Shown here piece by piece: positions 26,888 through 39,912 of a stretch of 49,180 nucleotides of DNA. The DNA is from Trichoplax sp. H2 (lineage: Eukaryota). The translations under genes and the position numbers were made by a program. Position 1 is the first letter of the stretch; each line of letters begins with the position of its first letter. Under the pieces are notes generated by a model. It searched no databases, was not told the DNA's origin, and saw only the letters and a program-made list of their open reading frames with translations. The DNA lies in the NCBI GenBank assembly GCA_003344405.1, contig NOWV01000318.1:1-49180 (forward strand), given 5' to 3'.

Positions 26888-27670
26888 TTTAAATTCGAAG
26901 CATATTTTTTGGTCATTTCCAAAGCTGTGATGTAGATTTCTACCCTCGTATGCTGATAATTATATAACTTGACCGTTGATCGTAATAACTATAGTTTTTC
27001 TTTAGTATGGAGCTCCGTTACACATTTTACTGTACAGTGTACACCCGTATACATTATTGATAATATACTGTATATAATTATAATATGCGTACGTAAGGCT
27101 TATATATAGACCGCGATTTAGTGGAAAGATACTGTACTACTATCACAAAGGTTTCTCCTCGATATTGGAAGCATATTTTTAGTCATACGGTCCGACTCCT
27201 ACTTTTTAAATTTGAAGCATATTTTTAGTCCTTTCCAAAGCTGTGATGTAGATTTCTAAGCTCGTATGCTGATAATTACATAACTTGACCTGTTGATTGT
27301 AATAACTATAGCTTTTCTTTAGTATGGAGCTCTGATACACATTTTGCTGTACAGTATACACTATTGATAATATACCGTACTGTATATAATTATAATATGC
27401 GTACGTAAGGCATATATAGACCGCGATTTGGTCGAAAGATACTGTACCACTATCACAAAGGTTTCTCCTCGATATTCGAAACATATTTTTAGTCAAATAA
27501 TTATATAGCTTGACCCGTTGATCATAATAATTATAGCCATTCTTTAGTATGGAGTTACGATACACATTCTACTGTACATGGTTTGGTCGAAAGATACTAT
27601 ACTACTTTGTGAAAGGTTTCTCCTCGATATTCGTAACATATTTTTAGTCATACGGTCCGATTCATACTTC
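26888..27670. repeat. Complex tandem repeat, about 315-bp unit, about 2.5 copies
   Basis: Copies at about 26888-27203, 27204-27495 and a partial, internally deleted copy at 27496-27670. Shared words: tttccaaagctgtgatgtagatttcta, ctttagtatggag, gaaagatact, aaaggtttctcctcgatatt, catatttttagtca. Confidence 0.9.
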
Positions 27671-28053
27671 GAGATCTGATGCAGATTTATAGATCGGTAC
27701 GACGACGTAACTAGTAAAATGATTGAAGCGATCGAACCTATCACAGCGACTGATAGTTTGTATTAGAAGTTTGAAAGAAATAGATTATTGAATACTGCGA
27801 TAAAAAGTAATAAAAAATATTAAGAGCCAATTGCTCAAGGTTGTACTGATCTGTCTGCATGGAATTGGAGCCAAATTTAAAGTATATTTCTTGACAATTG
27901 AAAGATATAATTGAAGACAACACTATAGCCGAACATCTTTCAACCATATTAGAGGGCTCACTACGTCCCTATAACAGTGGTCTATACCCTGATGTACGTA
28001 GACGTACGTATATAAAATCGAGTATAAATGGACTGTACAGTTTGCATTTATTT

Positions 28054-28090
28054 AGGTCAGGAGTTCAAGAGGCTCCCTTATTAAAGGTCA
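28054..28090 (+). promoter_or_regulatory. Candidate nuclear-receptor elements upstream of UGT-B (DR2 plus extended half-site)
   Basis: AGGTCA-gg-AGTTCA at 28054-28067 and AAAGGTCA at 28083-28090. The paralogous UGT-C flank keeps AGTTCA (31821-31826) and AAAGGTCA (31842-31849). Confidence 0.4.
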
Positions 28091-28407
28091 ACCCTGCTCG
28101 TCCACTAACTTTTTAGTTACTTTAAATATAATTACTATACAACAAAAATCTGTGGAAAATCATTGGAAAATATCCTGATATTACACTTAGAAATATCAAA
28201 TGACTTTCCACACACCCTGTACTGGACTTATATTTTGAATTGGCTATACTGTCCTATGTCATTGTAATGACTGACCCACCATTTTGTTGCGTGTGTTGAC
28301 TGTCAAGTGTCAACGTATTCGCCTTCAGGCGAAAACGTTGACCTGTTATCGCTTGATGACGTGACATGTTGAAATTTTGACAGCACGTTACAGTTTTACA
28401 GTGTATA

Positions 28408-28514
28408 GTACAGTACATTCAGAGTGTACAGTACAGTATTCAGCATGTCTCGTACTGTACTGTACAGTACAAAACATTTTTCTACAGTACTGTACTGTGC
28501 TGAATGTACTGTAC
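28408..28514. repeat. Inverted repeat/foldback built from GTACA/TGTAC pentamers (MITE-like or footprint cluster)
   Basis: gtacagtacattcag (28408-28422) is the exact reverse complement of ctgaatgtactgtac (28500-28514). The interior is rich in tacagta/tactgta. Confidence 0.7.
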
Positions 28515-28675
28515 GGTACCGTAACGCTTTTTTAAATTTTTGTTTATTTAGACCGTTCATTCAGCTTATTCAATAGAATAGCCTAAAACTTTTTCAATTG
28601 CAACATCTTCCTCATTGATATGTGATTTCTAACTAGGCTGTGCAATTCTAAAAAATAACAGCTACAAATACAAAA

Positions 28676-30612
28676 ATGACAACCAGATGGAACACTATTG
28701 CAATATTTGGAGTATTAGCTATGCTCCTTTGCTCCAATGTAGGTGCCTTGAAAATCGCCGTATTACCTATGCCTGCCGGAAGTCATATCGTATCTATGAA
28801 AACCGTTTCAGAAACACTAATCAAGAAAGGCCATCAGGTAGAAAGAAATGCAATAAGTAATAGTCTGCAGGCCACTTTAAAACTTCCAGATTCGATAGAA
28901 TTGCCGCATAGGAGTAAAGCATATGCTGTATATTAGTGTACAGTATATTTATAAAGAATGAGATTGCGAGCGCGAGATGCGAACTATATGTACTATACAA
29001 TGATAACAATGTTTATTTTTGGTAATCACATCATTTATATCTACATAGTTGTATATGTTCATTTATTAATTAAATATATATTAATTAATCGTGATATAGG
29101 TTAGCATAATCTTATCAGAAGATAAGCTATCGATGGTCGGTAATGTTCCCGCTATTACTTTCGAAACGATGAAATTTGAAGGTCTTCAAGGTGCTACTAA
29201 AGTAGGAGGCTTATGGAAAATTGTGTCGATAATGCTTTCCCTTCAAGGAACTTTTTGTCGTGATATGCTACGAAACGATACCATAACTACTTTAATCAAA
29301 GATTATGATATCATTATCACCGATTCCGTATATGTTTGCAGTTTTATGCTCCCTCAAATTGTTAACAAACGCAATATCATGATGGGCATACAAGGAACAC
29401 TACTATCTCCTATTGGATATCCAGCCTATCCTAGTAATCCTGCTTATATACCTCAATTAGGAACGACTTATAGTTCGAAAATGAACTTTTTTCAACGTGT
29501 TAAAAACACAGTAGCTGCATGCTTAAAAGAACTCGTAATGTTTAACGTTATGAACTATTTAGCATACTCTATTAAACAAGAATTCAACATCAGACCCGAT
29601 TTAGGATTTTATGAATTAATGTTATCGCCAGAAATGACTTTAGTAGCTGGAGATTTCGCTGTAGATTATGCACGACCTATATCGCCAAATATGAAACTAA
29701 TAGGACCAATATCATGTGCACCAGTATCTCCATTACCTGAAGATCTAGAAAATTTTATGGAGAGTTCGGGAGAACACGGTGTAGTTCTTGTATCTATGGG
29801 AACAATTTTTGAATTTCCTGAAAGTCTGATACCGACATTAGTAGCTGGTTTTAAAAGACTTGAACAGAAAGTTCTATGGAAAACTAAATTAAACGTTAAG
29901 AATCCTCCAGATAACGTCAAAATAGTAAGATGGATGCCACAAAATGATATTTTGGGTCATCCAGAATTAAGAGTATTTATTACTCACGGTGGATCAAAGA
30001 GTATTTACGAAGCCTCTTATCACGGTGTTCCATTAATTGGTATACCGATACAAACCGAACAGCAATTAAATATAGGAAAGGCAAAAGCTGCAGGAGTAGC
30101 TATTGGCTTGGAAAGAAATGATCTTACACCTGATATTATCGTTGAGTCAGTAACAGAAATTACTACTAATCCATGGTATGGTATATTAGATTACACATCA
30201 TATATTTTAATTAAATACGCAATTATGTATGACTGATATTTATATACTTGATAAAATAACAATTAAGTAAGAATTACATGATTTTTATAGTACTTTTTGA
30301 TCATATGAAATACCTAGCACCATTCTTTATATCATATATAATAGGTACAAAGGAAACATGTCTCGAATATCAAAAAGTATGCAATCATCCACGCCACCAA
30401 GGGAAGCATTAGTGCATTGGGTCGAATATATCACTAACAACGATGTGAGTCATCTAAAGCCAGTAGGACTTGGTATGCCATGGTATCAATATTACCTTTT
30501 AGACGTTATAGCATTTCTTGTATTTTGTTCATACTGCATATACAAGATATTCAAGTATTTACTCTGTCGGTGTTGTTGCAGTAAGAATGAAGATAAAATT
30601 AAGCGTGATTAA
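28676..30612 (+). CDS. UGT: ER UDP-glycosyltransferase, copy B, intact
   Basis: Exons 28676-28837, 29100-30175 and 30345-30612; signal peptide, GSH, UGT signature, TM, KIKRD. Confidence 0.95.
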
Positions 30613-31440
30613 CGACTATTTTAATTTATACTTTGTCATCCTGAATAAATTTAAAAACTATTTGCATGTCGTTTGAGATAGAATTTAACATGACGTTAAA
30701 TAATTTAAGAATTATAAAGCATAAAGAAATTTTTGAAATAAGCGCTTGTCATATTACTATAAGAAGCAATTAGCAATGAGATGCATCGTAAATCTCCACT
30801 ATATTGTTTAATTTACTCGATAATACTTTACATTTGTATATTGCATGTAGGGATATCAGATGCATACTATTTTAGTTAACTATGTCAACACAGATGTGCT
30901 TGCAATTACTATATTCATTCTTTTATTGCATAGGTTGTAGTTTAATTATGTTTTTCAGAAATTGACTAAATAAGCATAGCACTTACACGCGTTATAATGA
31001 TAACTTTGAATCAGTTATGCTATCGATACGGTAGAGTAATAACTACGGGATAATTTAAATAATGCAGCATATATCCTTATACTTGTGTATTACCGTTATT
31101 GAAATTATGGTGTATTCAAACGAGTTTTATAAATATGTACTATGCGGCTTATACACATAAACAAGAGTTTTATATATCTAGTTCGCATAATAAATATTTC
31201 TAATTAACTGCAATTAAGTATCTACAATGTAGGATCAAGTTTTACGACACTTGTCGTATTTATGAAGAAAGATTTTTTATACTCAGCTTACCACAGCAGA
31301 ATCATACAGGTGCTAGGCTATATTTTTTATTAATACATATAAGTATTTTGGCTTTGAATGTTTTTCAAGCAATATTAGAGAAGATATTCGACGAAATCGC
31401 TCTCTGATGCAATTACTATAGTAACGGTATACGTATTTTC
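30613..31440 (+). repeat. Duplicated 3' flank shared by UGT B, C and D (segmental duplication unit)
   Basis: About 30613-31440 aligns with about 34284-35150 and, with a deletion, about 38206-38840. Shared words: aaataatttaagaat, aaagcataaag, tatgtcaac.cagat, gaaagattt.ttatactc.gctt.ccacagcaga. Confidence 0.85.
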
Positions 31441-32159
31441 ATCAATACACTGGAATGCATTGCATGCTGTATAATATTCATTTATCCAAGTGATTTTATA
31501 TATTATACGGGTATACTATAAACTATCAAAAAATACTATTATTTGGTATACAATTCACAGCAGTCCAATTGAGCAGTACAGATCCTGTAAGAAAGGCTCC
31601 ATCATTTTATCATTTAAGCTACACCTACATATGATGTGATTTTTTTACTGTATGTAATAAAGGCTACTATACTGTAAGGAAGATTCTTTATTATGTAAGA
31701 GAAAGAAGGACAGTATTTTAGTGAATATTGCAAGCTCTGATGCAGAATTTACACCCTGATAATAAATAAACCCGCATGTAAAGTAGAGTGTCAATGGACT
31801 GTGCATTTATTCAGGTTCTAAGTTCAACAGGTTCCCTCGTTAAAGGTCAACTCTGTTCATTGGCTTACGCGTAGACTGTCTACGTGTTCACCTCCAGGCA
31901 AAAACGACCTCTATCTGCGCTTGATGAAGTGACACGTTGAAATCTTTATAGTATTGTACTCAGTATATTGTAGTGTACCCTACTGTATAGTACTGTATAG
32001 TACTGTATCACGATTTATGTTTATTTACCGTAATGTATACCTCGTCGTTCAGGCAAATTCAATAGCATAGCCTTAAGCTTAAATTGTTCCTATTGCGAAC
32101 ATCTTTCTCAGGATATGCAATTTGCCTAGTCGGTGCAATTCTAAAGCAACAGCTACAAA

Positions 32160-34283
32160 ATGACAACCAGATGGAACACTATTGCAATGGTTGGAGTATT
32201 AGCTATGCTCCTTTGCTCCAATGTAGGTGCCTTAAAAATCGCCGTATTGCCTATGCCTGGCGGAAGTCATATCGTATCTATGAAAACCGTTTCAGAAACG
32301 CTAATCAAGAAAGGCCATCAGGTAGATAGTAATACAATAAGCCGCATATGAGTAAAGCGTATACTGTACATTAGTGCACAGTATATTTATGAAGAATGAG
32401 ATTGCAGGCACAAGATGGGAACAATATTTACAGTGATAACGATGATCATCATTGCAATCACATCGTTTGTTTCCATGTACTCGTATACTGGATATTCATT
32501 TATTAACTTATGTTTAATTAATCGTGACATAGGTTAGCATAATCTTATCAGAAGATAATCTACCGATGGTCGGTAATGTTCCCGCTATTACTTTCGAAAC
32601 GATGAAATTTAAAGGTCTTCAAGGTGCTACTGAAGTAAGAAGCGTATTGGAAATTGCGTCGTTAATGTATTCTCTTCAAGGAACCTTTTGTCGTGATATG
32701 CTACGAAACGATACCATAACTACTTTAATCAAAGATTATGATATCATTATCACCGACTCTATTTACATTTGTAGCTTTATGCTCCCTCAAATTGTTAACA
32801 AACGCAATATCGTGATGGGCATACAAGGAACACTACTATCTCCTATTGGATATCCAGCCTATCCTAGTAATCCTGCTTATATACCTCAAATGGGAACGAC
32901 TTATAGTTCGAAAATGAACTTTTTTCAACGTGTTAAAAACACAGTAGCTGCATGCTTAAAAGAACTCGTAATGTTTAACGTTATGAACTATTTAGCATAC
33001 TCTATTAAACAAGAATTCAACATCAGACCCGATTTAGGATTTTATGAATTAATGTTATCGCCAGAAATGACTTTAGTAGCTGGAGATTTCGCTGTAGATT
33101 ATGCACGACCTATACCGCCAAATATGAAACTAATAGGACCAATATCAAGTGTACCAGTATCTCCGTAACCTGAAGATCTAGAAAACTTTATGGAGAGTTC
33201 GGGAGAATACGGTGTAGTTCTTGTGTCTATGGGAACAATCTTTGAATTTCCTGAAAGTCTGATACCGACATTAGTAGCTGGTTTTAAAAGACTTGAACAG
33301 AAAGTTCTATGGAAAACTAAATTAAACGTTAAGAATCCTCCAGATAACGTCAAAATAGTAAGATGGATGCCACAAAATGATATTTTGGGTCATCCAAAAC
33401 TAAAAGCATTTATTACTCATGGCGGATCCAAGAGTTTATACGAGGCCTCTTATCACGGTGTTCCATTAATTGGTATACCGATACAAGCCGAACAGCAATT
33501 AAATATAGGAAAGGCAAAAGCTGCAGGAGTAGCTTTTTTCTTGGATAGGAATAATCTTACACCTGACGCTATTGCTGAGTCAGTAACAGAAATTACTACT
33601 AATCCATGGTATGGTATCTGATTATACATTATATAGCTAATCAGATCCGTAATTGTTCTATGATTAGTATTTATACTTATCATATAATTTACAAAGTAAG
33701 AATTAAATTATAAGAGATTACATTGATGTTTTCAATAACTTTTGATGATATATAATAATAGGTACAAAGGAAACATGTCTCGAATATCAAAAAGTATACA
33801 ATCGCGNNNNNNNNNNNNNNNNNNNNTGAGTCAGTAACAGAAATTACTACTAATCCATGGTATGGTATCTGATTATACATTATATAGCTAATCAGATCCG
33901 TAATTGTTCTATGATTAGTATTTATACTTATCATATAATTTACAAAGTAAGAATTAAATTATAAGAGATTACATTGATGTTTTCAATAACTTTTGATGAT
34001 ATATAATAATAGGTACAAAGGAAACATGTCTCGAATATCAAAAAGTATACAATCGCGACCCATATCACCAAGAGAAGCATTAGTGCAGTGGGTCGAATAT
34101 ATCGCTAACAACGATGTGAGTCATCTAAAGCCAGTAGGACTTGGTATGCCATGGTATCAGTATTACCTTTTAGACGTTATATCTTTCCTTGTATTTTGTT
34201 TATACTGTATATACAAGATATTCAAGTACTTACTCTGTTGGTGTTGTTGTAGTAAGAATGAAGATAAAATTAAGCGTGATTAA
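32160..34283 (+). pseudogene. UGT: UDP-glycosyltransferase copy C with an in-frame TAA (pseudogene or sequence error); spans an assembly gap
   Basis: Exons 32160-32321, 32533-33608 and 34013-34283 (partial duplicate of exon 3 starts at 33762). TAA at 33166-33168 where B, D and E have TTA (Leu). The frame continues intact afterwards. Confidence 0.8.
33576..34057. other. Assembly gap (20 N at 33807-33826) flanked by an identical 231-bp overlap; probable false duplication
   Basis: 33576-33806 is repeated at 33827-34057 immediately across the N run. Confidence 0.9.
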
Positions 34284-36242
34284 CGACTGTTTTAATTTAT
34301 ACTTCATTGTCAAAATTAAGTTATATAATTATTTACATATAGTAGAGATAGAATTTAATATGACACTAAATAATTTAAGAATTATAAAGCATAAAGAGAT
34401 TTTCTAAACAGTCGCATGTCATATTACTATAAGAAACAATTAGTAATTAGACGCATTGTAAATCTTAATTATAGATTTCAGCGTATTGTTTAACTTTCTC
34501 GATAAGATTTACATTCATACCGTACTTTGCATGCAAGGGTAATGCATATGTTATTTTCTGCTATAATAGGTACATGCTATTTTAGTTATCTATGTCAACG
34601 CAGATATGCTTGCAATTGATATATTCACTCTTTTATTGTATACCGTAGTTCTTAATTCAACTATACTTTGCAGAAAATTGACTAAATAAGCATAGCGTTT
34701 ACACGTGTTGTAATGATAACTTTAAATCAGTTATGCTATCGATGCGGCAGAGTAATAGCTAAGCAATACTTTAAATAATGTAATGTGCAGTATACCCTTA
34801 TACTTGATTTGTTGACGTTATTATTATTATACTATGTTTGAATAATTTTTCATAAATATGTGCTATGCGGCTGCATACACATAAATAAGAGTATTATATA
34901 TCTAGTTCGCGTAATAAATATTTTCTAATTAACTGTAAGTACCTACAATGTACAGTAGGATCAAGTTTTACAATGGTTGTCGTATTTATGAAGAAAGATT
35001 TGTTATACTCAGCTTTCCACAGCAGAATCATGCGGATGCTATACTGTATTTTTTAATCATACATATAAACATTTTGGCACAAAAAGTTTCTTAAGCTATA
35101 TTGTAGCAAATATCAGACTAAATCGCTGATATGCAAACAAAGACTATGTAACGATACATGTTGCACGGGTATACAAAACTGTGTAAAATAGATGTCGTAT
35201 CATTTCTTGGTATTATACTTCAAACGACCCCTAAGCTTACGACATCTGTTTTACATCTAGGTGTACTGTAAATTGCAAAAAATGCTGTTATCCCGTCATT
35301 CCCGTACGGGTACACTTCGCTGCAGGGCAATTATCCAATTTAGATATTGCATGAGAGACTCCATCATTTTATCAATTTTATTAACTACATTCGCATATAT
35401 GGGAAGGATATGTTTTATTATTCGGTAAACACTTAAAGTCTTAACTATAGCGCTTATACGCGTATACGGCATAATCGAGCCGTAACTTTTCGGTTTATAG
35501 AAGCTAAATTCGCCAATGTACACTAGTCACTTAAGGCTCGTTATACAGAATAACACGCCAAATTTAATCAAATACAGTACCATACACGTATATTCGATTT
35601 CCTAAACTCAGAATTATTACCATGAGAACTTATAATATTGGATATACAGCACTGTATTTATTTATTTTATTTATGTAGTTGAGTGATTATACACAGTACA
35701 GCAAATCAGTGATCATTGCCTACTGTAAACCAAGGTAATTATGAGTAGAATATAGATACAAGTATAAGTACTGTACCATTTGTAATATTTTTGTAAGTAT
35801 GAATGAAGCATATGCGTACACTAAGTTCATGCATGTACAGCACTATAAATTTCGATACTATTCCGTAATGACCATGAAAAAATTGGCTACATTTTACTTT
35901 TACATTGCTCCTGGAATGTTCATTTGCTGTGGCCCCACTTACAGATGATGGAGATTTTGGCTCCATTTCTAGCCTAAAGTATTGATATGGTGGCCCAAAT
36001 GTTAGCGCTCCATATTTTTCATGCACTATTCGATGTTTATCTAGTGGTTCATGGCTTTTCCTACCTATGCTATAACTGCGCAGATGCGTGTATGAGTACT
36101 ATATACTGTAACTGTATATTCACGACTTGGAAGCTGGAAGGTAGCTCAAATCAAATCACGGGCTATGTAAAATAGATTTGTCGTCACAAATTGCCTATGC
36201 ATAGGATTTTTAACTGATCGGTGTAATCATAAGAGCGAAAAA

Positions 36243-38205
36243 ATGACCCCCGGGTTGAACACTATTGTAGTATTTAGCATCTTATCCTTTTTTCCTTTAT
36301 ACGAATGTGGATGCTTTGAAAATCGCTGTTTTGCCGGTGCCTACAAATAGCCACATAGTGTCCATGAAAACTGTTTCAGAAACACTGATAAAGAAAGGTC
36401 ATCAGGTGAGAAATAATACTGTAGCACAGTAGTAGTCTATATGCTATTGTAGTTTCCGAAATGATTAAGCTATCGTGTTTAAATTTTCGCTAATGAATAA
36501 TATAATGAGTAAACGCTGTGAACTACACATAGCTTGATGTCAATCAATGTTCGTTTTTGTGAAAGATTCTATTAAATAGTTTTTTAAAATTACAAATCTT
36601 CACATTACTAATACTATGCGAATATACGATCCTAATTCTAAGGCCAATGTCCGTATCACGATACATAACTTGCTATTAATTACATAATTATAATTGTTAT
36701 AGGTCAGCATAATTATACCAGAAAATAAACTTTCAATGGTAGATAAGATTGATGCTATTACATTTGACACAATGGACCTTAAAATCGGTCCAGGTGGTAA
36801 ACAAGCGACGACATTATTGGAAATGTTCTCACTGTTGTACACCTTTCAAGGGACGTTTTGTCGCGACTTACTACGAAATGGCACGATAAGTACGCTAATC
36901 AAAGATTATGATATCATTATCACCGACTCTATTTACATTTGCAGCCTTATGCTCCCTCAAATTGTTAACAAACGCAATGTCGTGATGGGCATACAAGGAA
37001 CACTACTATCTCCTATTGGATATCCAACCTATCCTAGTAATCCTGCTTATATACCTCAAATAGGAACGACTTATAGTTCGAAAATGAACTTTTTTCAACG
37101 TGTTAAAAACACAATAGCTGCATGCTTAAAAGAACTCGTAGTGTTTAACGCTATGAACTATTTAGCATACTCTATTAAACAAGAATTCAACATTAGACCC
37201 GATTTAGGATTTTATGAATTAATGTTATCGCCAGAAATGACTTTAGTAGCTGGAGATTTCGCTGTAGATTATGCACGACCTATACCGCCAAATATGAAAC
37301 TAATAGGACCACTATCAAGTGTACCAGCATCTCCATTACCTGAAGATCTAGAAAACTTTATGGAGAGTTCGGGAGAACACGGTGTAGTTCTTGTATCTAT
37401 GGGAACAATTTTTGAATTTCCTGAAAGTCTGATACCGACATTAGTAGCTGGTTTTAAAAGACTTGAACAGAAAGTTCTATGGAAAACTAGGCTGAATGTT
37501 GAGAACCCACCAGATAACGTTAAAATAGTAAGATGGATGCCACAAAATGATATTTTGGGTCATCCAAAACTAAAAGCATTTGTAACTCACGGCGGATCAA
37601 AAAGTATATACGAGGCCTCTTATCACGGTGTTCCATTAATTGGTATACCGCTACAACCCGAACAGCAATTAAATATAGGAAAGGCAAGAGCTGCAGGAGT
37701 AGCTATTGGCTTGGATAGAGATAATCTTACACCTAACGATATCGTTGAGTCAGTAACAGAAATTACTACTAATCCATGGTATGGTATATCTGATTACACA
37801 TTATATATTTTAATTTAATACGTAATTATTCCATGATTAGTATTTATACTTATCATATAATTTACAAAGTAAGAATTAAATTATAAGAGATTACATTGAT
37901 GTTTTCAATAACTTTTGATGATATATAATAATAGGTACAAAGGAAACATGTCTCGAATATCAAAAAGTATACAATCGCGACCCATATCACCAAGAGAAGC
38001 ATTAGTGCAGTGGGTCGAATATATCGCTAACAACGATGTGAGTCATCTAAAGCCAGTAGGACTTGGTATGCCATGGTATCAGTATTACCTTTTAGACGTT
38101 ATATCTTTCCTTGTATTTTGTTTATACTGTATATACAAGATATTCAAGTACTTACTCTGTTGGTGTTGTTGTAGTAAGAATGAAGATAAAATTAAGCGTG
38201 ATTAA
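36243..38205 (+). pseudogene. UGT: UDP-glycosyltransferase copy D with a +1 frameshift in exon 1 (pseudogene or homopolymer error)
   Basis: Exon 1 (36243-36405) is 163 nt versus 162 nt in B, C and E. The extra base is in the T6 run at 36288-36293 and leads to TAG at 36348-36350. Exons 36703-37778 and 37935-38205 are intact. Confidence 0.75.
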
Positions 38206-39874
38206 CGACTATTCTAATTTATACTTCATTGTCACAAATAAATTATATAATTATTTACATGCAGTTGAGATAGATTTTATTTTAATATGACGTTAAATAA
38301 TTTAAGAATCGTAAAGCATAAAGTATAGCATAATGAAATTTTTAAACAGTTGCATGTCGTATAACAAGAAGAAGCAATAGAAGAAGCAATTAGCAATTAG
38401 ACGTATCGTAAATTTTTACTGTATTACTTAATTTACTCGATAAGACTTTACATTTGTACGCTGTACGCAGGAATATTGCATGTATGTGATATTTTCTGCT
38501 GTAACGGGCACACACTGTTTTAGCTATATGTCAACGCAGATATACTTCCAATTACTATAATTATTCTTCTATTGTATAGGTTATAACTAATAAATTTTCT
38601 AATTAGCTGTGAGTATCTACAATATAGGATGGAATTGCAAACGCTTGTTGTATTTATGATGAAAGATTTGTTATACTCGGCTTACCACAGCAGATTCATC
38701 GAGGCACTAAAGTGTATTTTTGATTCGTACACATAATTATTTTGTTATGAAATATTTTTAAAAGCTGTATTAGAGCTGATGTTAGACGAAATCGCTCTCT
38801 TATGCAAGCAATATACTATAGTAACGGTATACATATCTACATCAATATGCTGTAGTGTCGTCTCAATGTCAACCGGTTGAAAAGATAGCTCTAACCCTTC
38901 CTACTCCATTCTTCGCTCATGGTCAATTATACGTTGCATTGTCGAGAATGCGACATGGATCCTCAGCAATTGTTACTATGTCGCAAAAGATTGGTAACGT
39001 TGTACTCGTATATCATTCAGTATCCGAATAAGCTCATCGTAAATGCATCTATTCTGCTCAATTGTTTTGTGAACTTGAGCCAGGAAACTGCTCGCAGAGC
39101 GGGCATTCCCTAGTCATTTTATAGTAATTTTACCAGCTACTCCTTTTTACTGTACGTACGATACTGTGAGAAGGATACGCTTTATCATTCGGTACTCTTA
39201 AGCCTTAAAAACGTATTTGTACATGTGCATAATCGAGCTATCGAACTTTTTTAAGTTGCAGAATCTAAATACTGTATAGTGCAAAGTACACTGATCAGAC
39301 TTGTTACACAAAATAATATTAGCACTATATCATCTATTCGACCTTCCGTCAACGTAAAATCATAACTGAGGGAACTTATAATTAATTAATATAATCAATA
39401 TTTGATATCTAGCTGGTTGAGTGCCTGTACACTAGGCCATGGATGACCTACTTTACACCACAACATACAAAGGTGGTTGTGGATAGAATCATGGACTTCT
39501 GTTAGTCCATGATAGAAAAGTGATAAGCCTCCCAATTACTTTGCTCTGACGACCGTTTACTGTCCCCGTTTGCTCCTTTTTAAACTATGCATAGACCACT
39601 AGAAGATTGCTATACTTTGAGTACAGTACACTTACTTACTATATACAGTACTATCCTATAAATTTCGGTACTATTCTATGATGAGTCTGATGACCATAGA
39701 GAAATTGGCTGCATTTTATATTAATTGCGCTCATGGAGTGATCATCTACTGCGCTCCCACTTATAGAAGATGGAGATTTCGGCTTGTTGTCGAGCCTATT
39801 GACGTGGCCCGTGTGTTAAACGCTTTATGCTTTTTCTTACCTCTCTTTCACCGGTTGCTATATATTTCGGACAA

Positions 39875-39912
39875 GGACTACTAGAAAAGAGCCGGCTCTT
39901 TTCTAATAGTCC
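39875..39912. repeat. 38-bp near-perfect palindrome upstream of UGT-E
   Basis: ggactactagaaaagagcc|ggctcttttctaatagtcc: 19-bp arms, no spacer, one mismatch. Confidence 0.85.

Noticed and set aside
26888..27670. CRISPR-like recurring short repeat
   Set aside because: The intervening sequences are themselves repeated and irregular in length, there are no cas genes, and the context is intron-rich eukaryotic DNA.
27206..28116. Short ORFs in and beside the tandem repeat
   Set aside because: They derive from repeat or AT-rich sequence and show no recognisable domain or splice structure.
29666..29920. Antisense ORFs recurring in UGT copies (also 33099-33353, 24187-24372, 33453-33683)
   Set aside because: Their recurrence is explained by the near-identity of the sense-strand genes.
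33166..33168. Programmed readthrough or selenocysteine at the UGT-C stop
   Set aside because: The codon is TAA, not TGA, and paralogs have Leu or Val there.
33576..34057. Apparent tandem duplication of the exon 2 end, intron 2 and exon 3 start in UGT-C (possible alternative last exons)
   Set aside because: The copies are identical and abut a 20-N gap, which is typical of an unmerged contig overlap.
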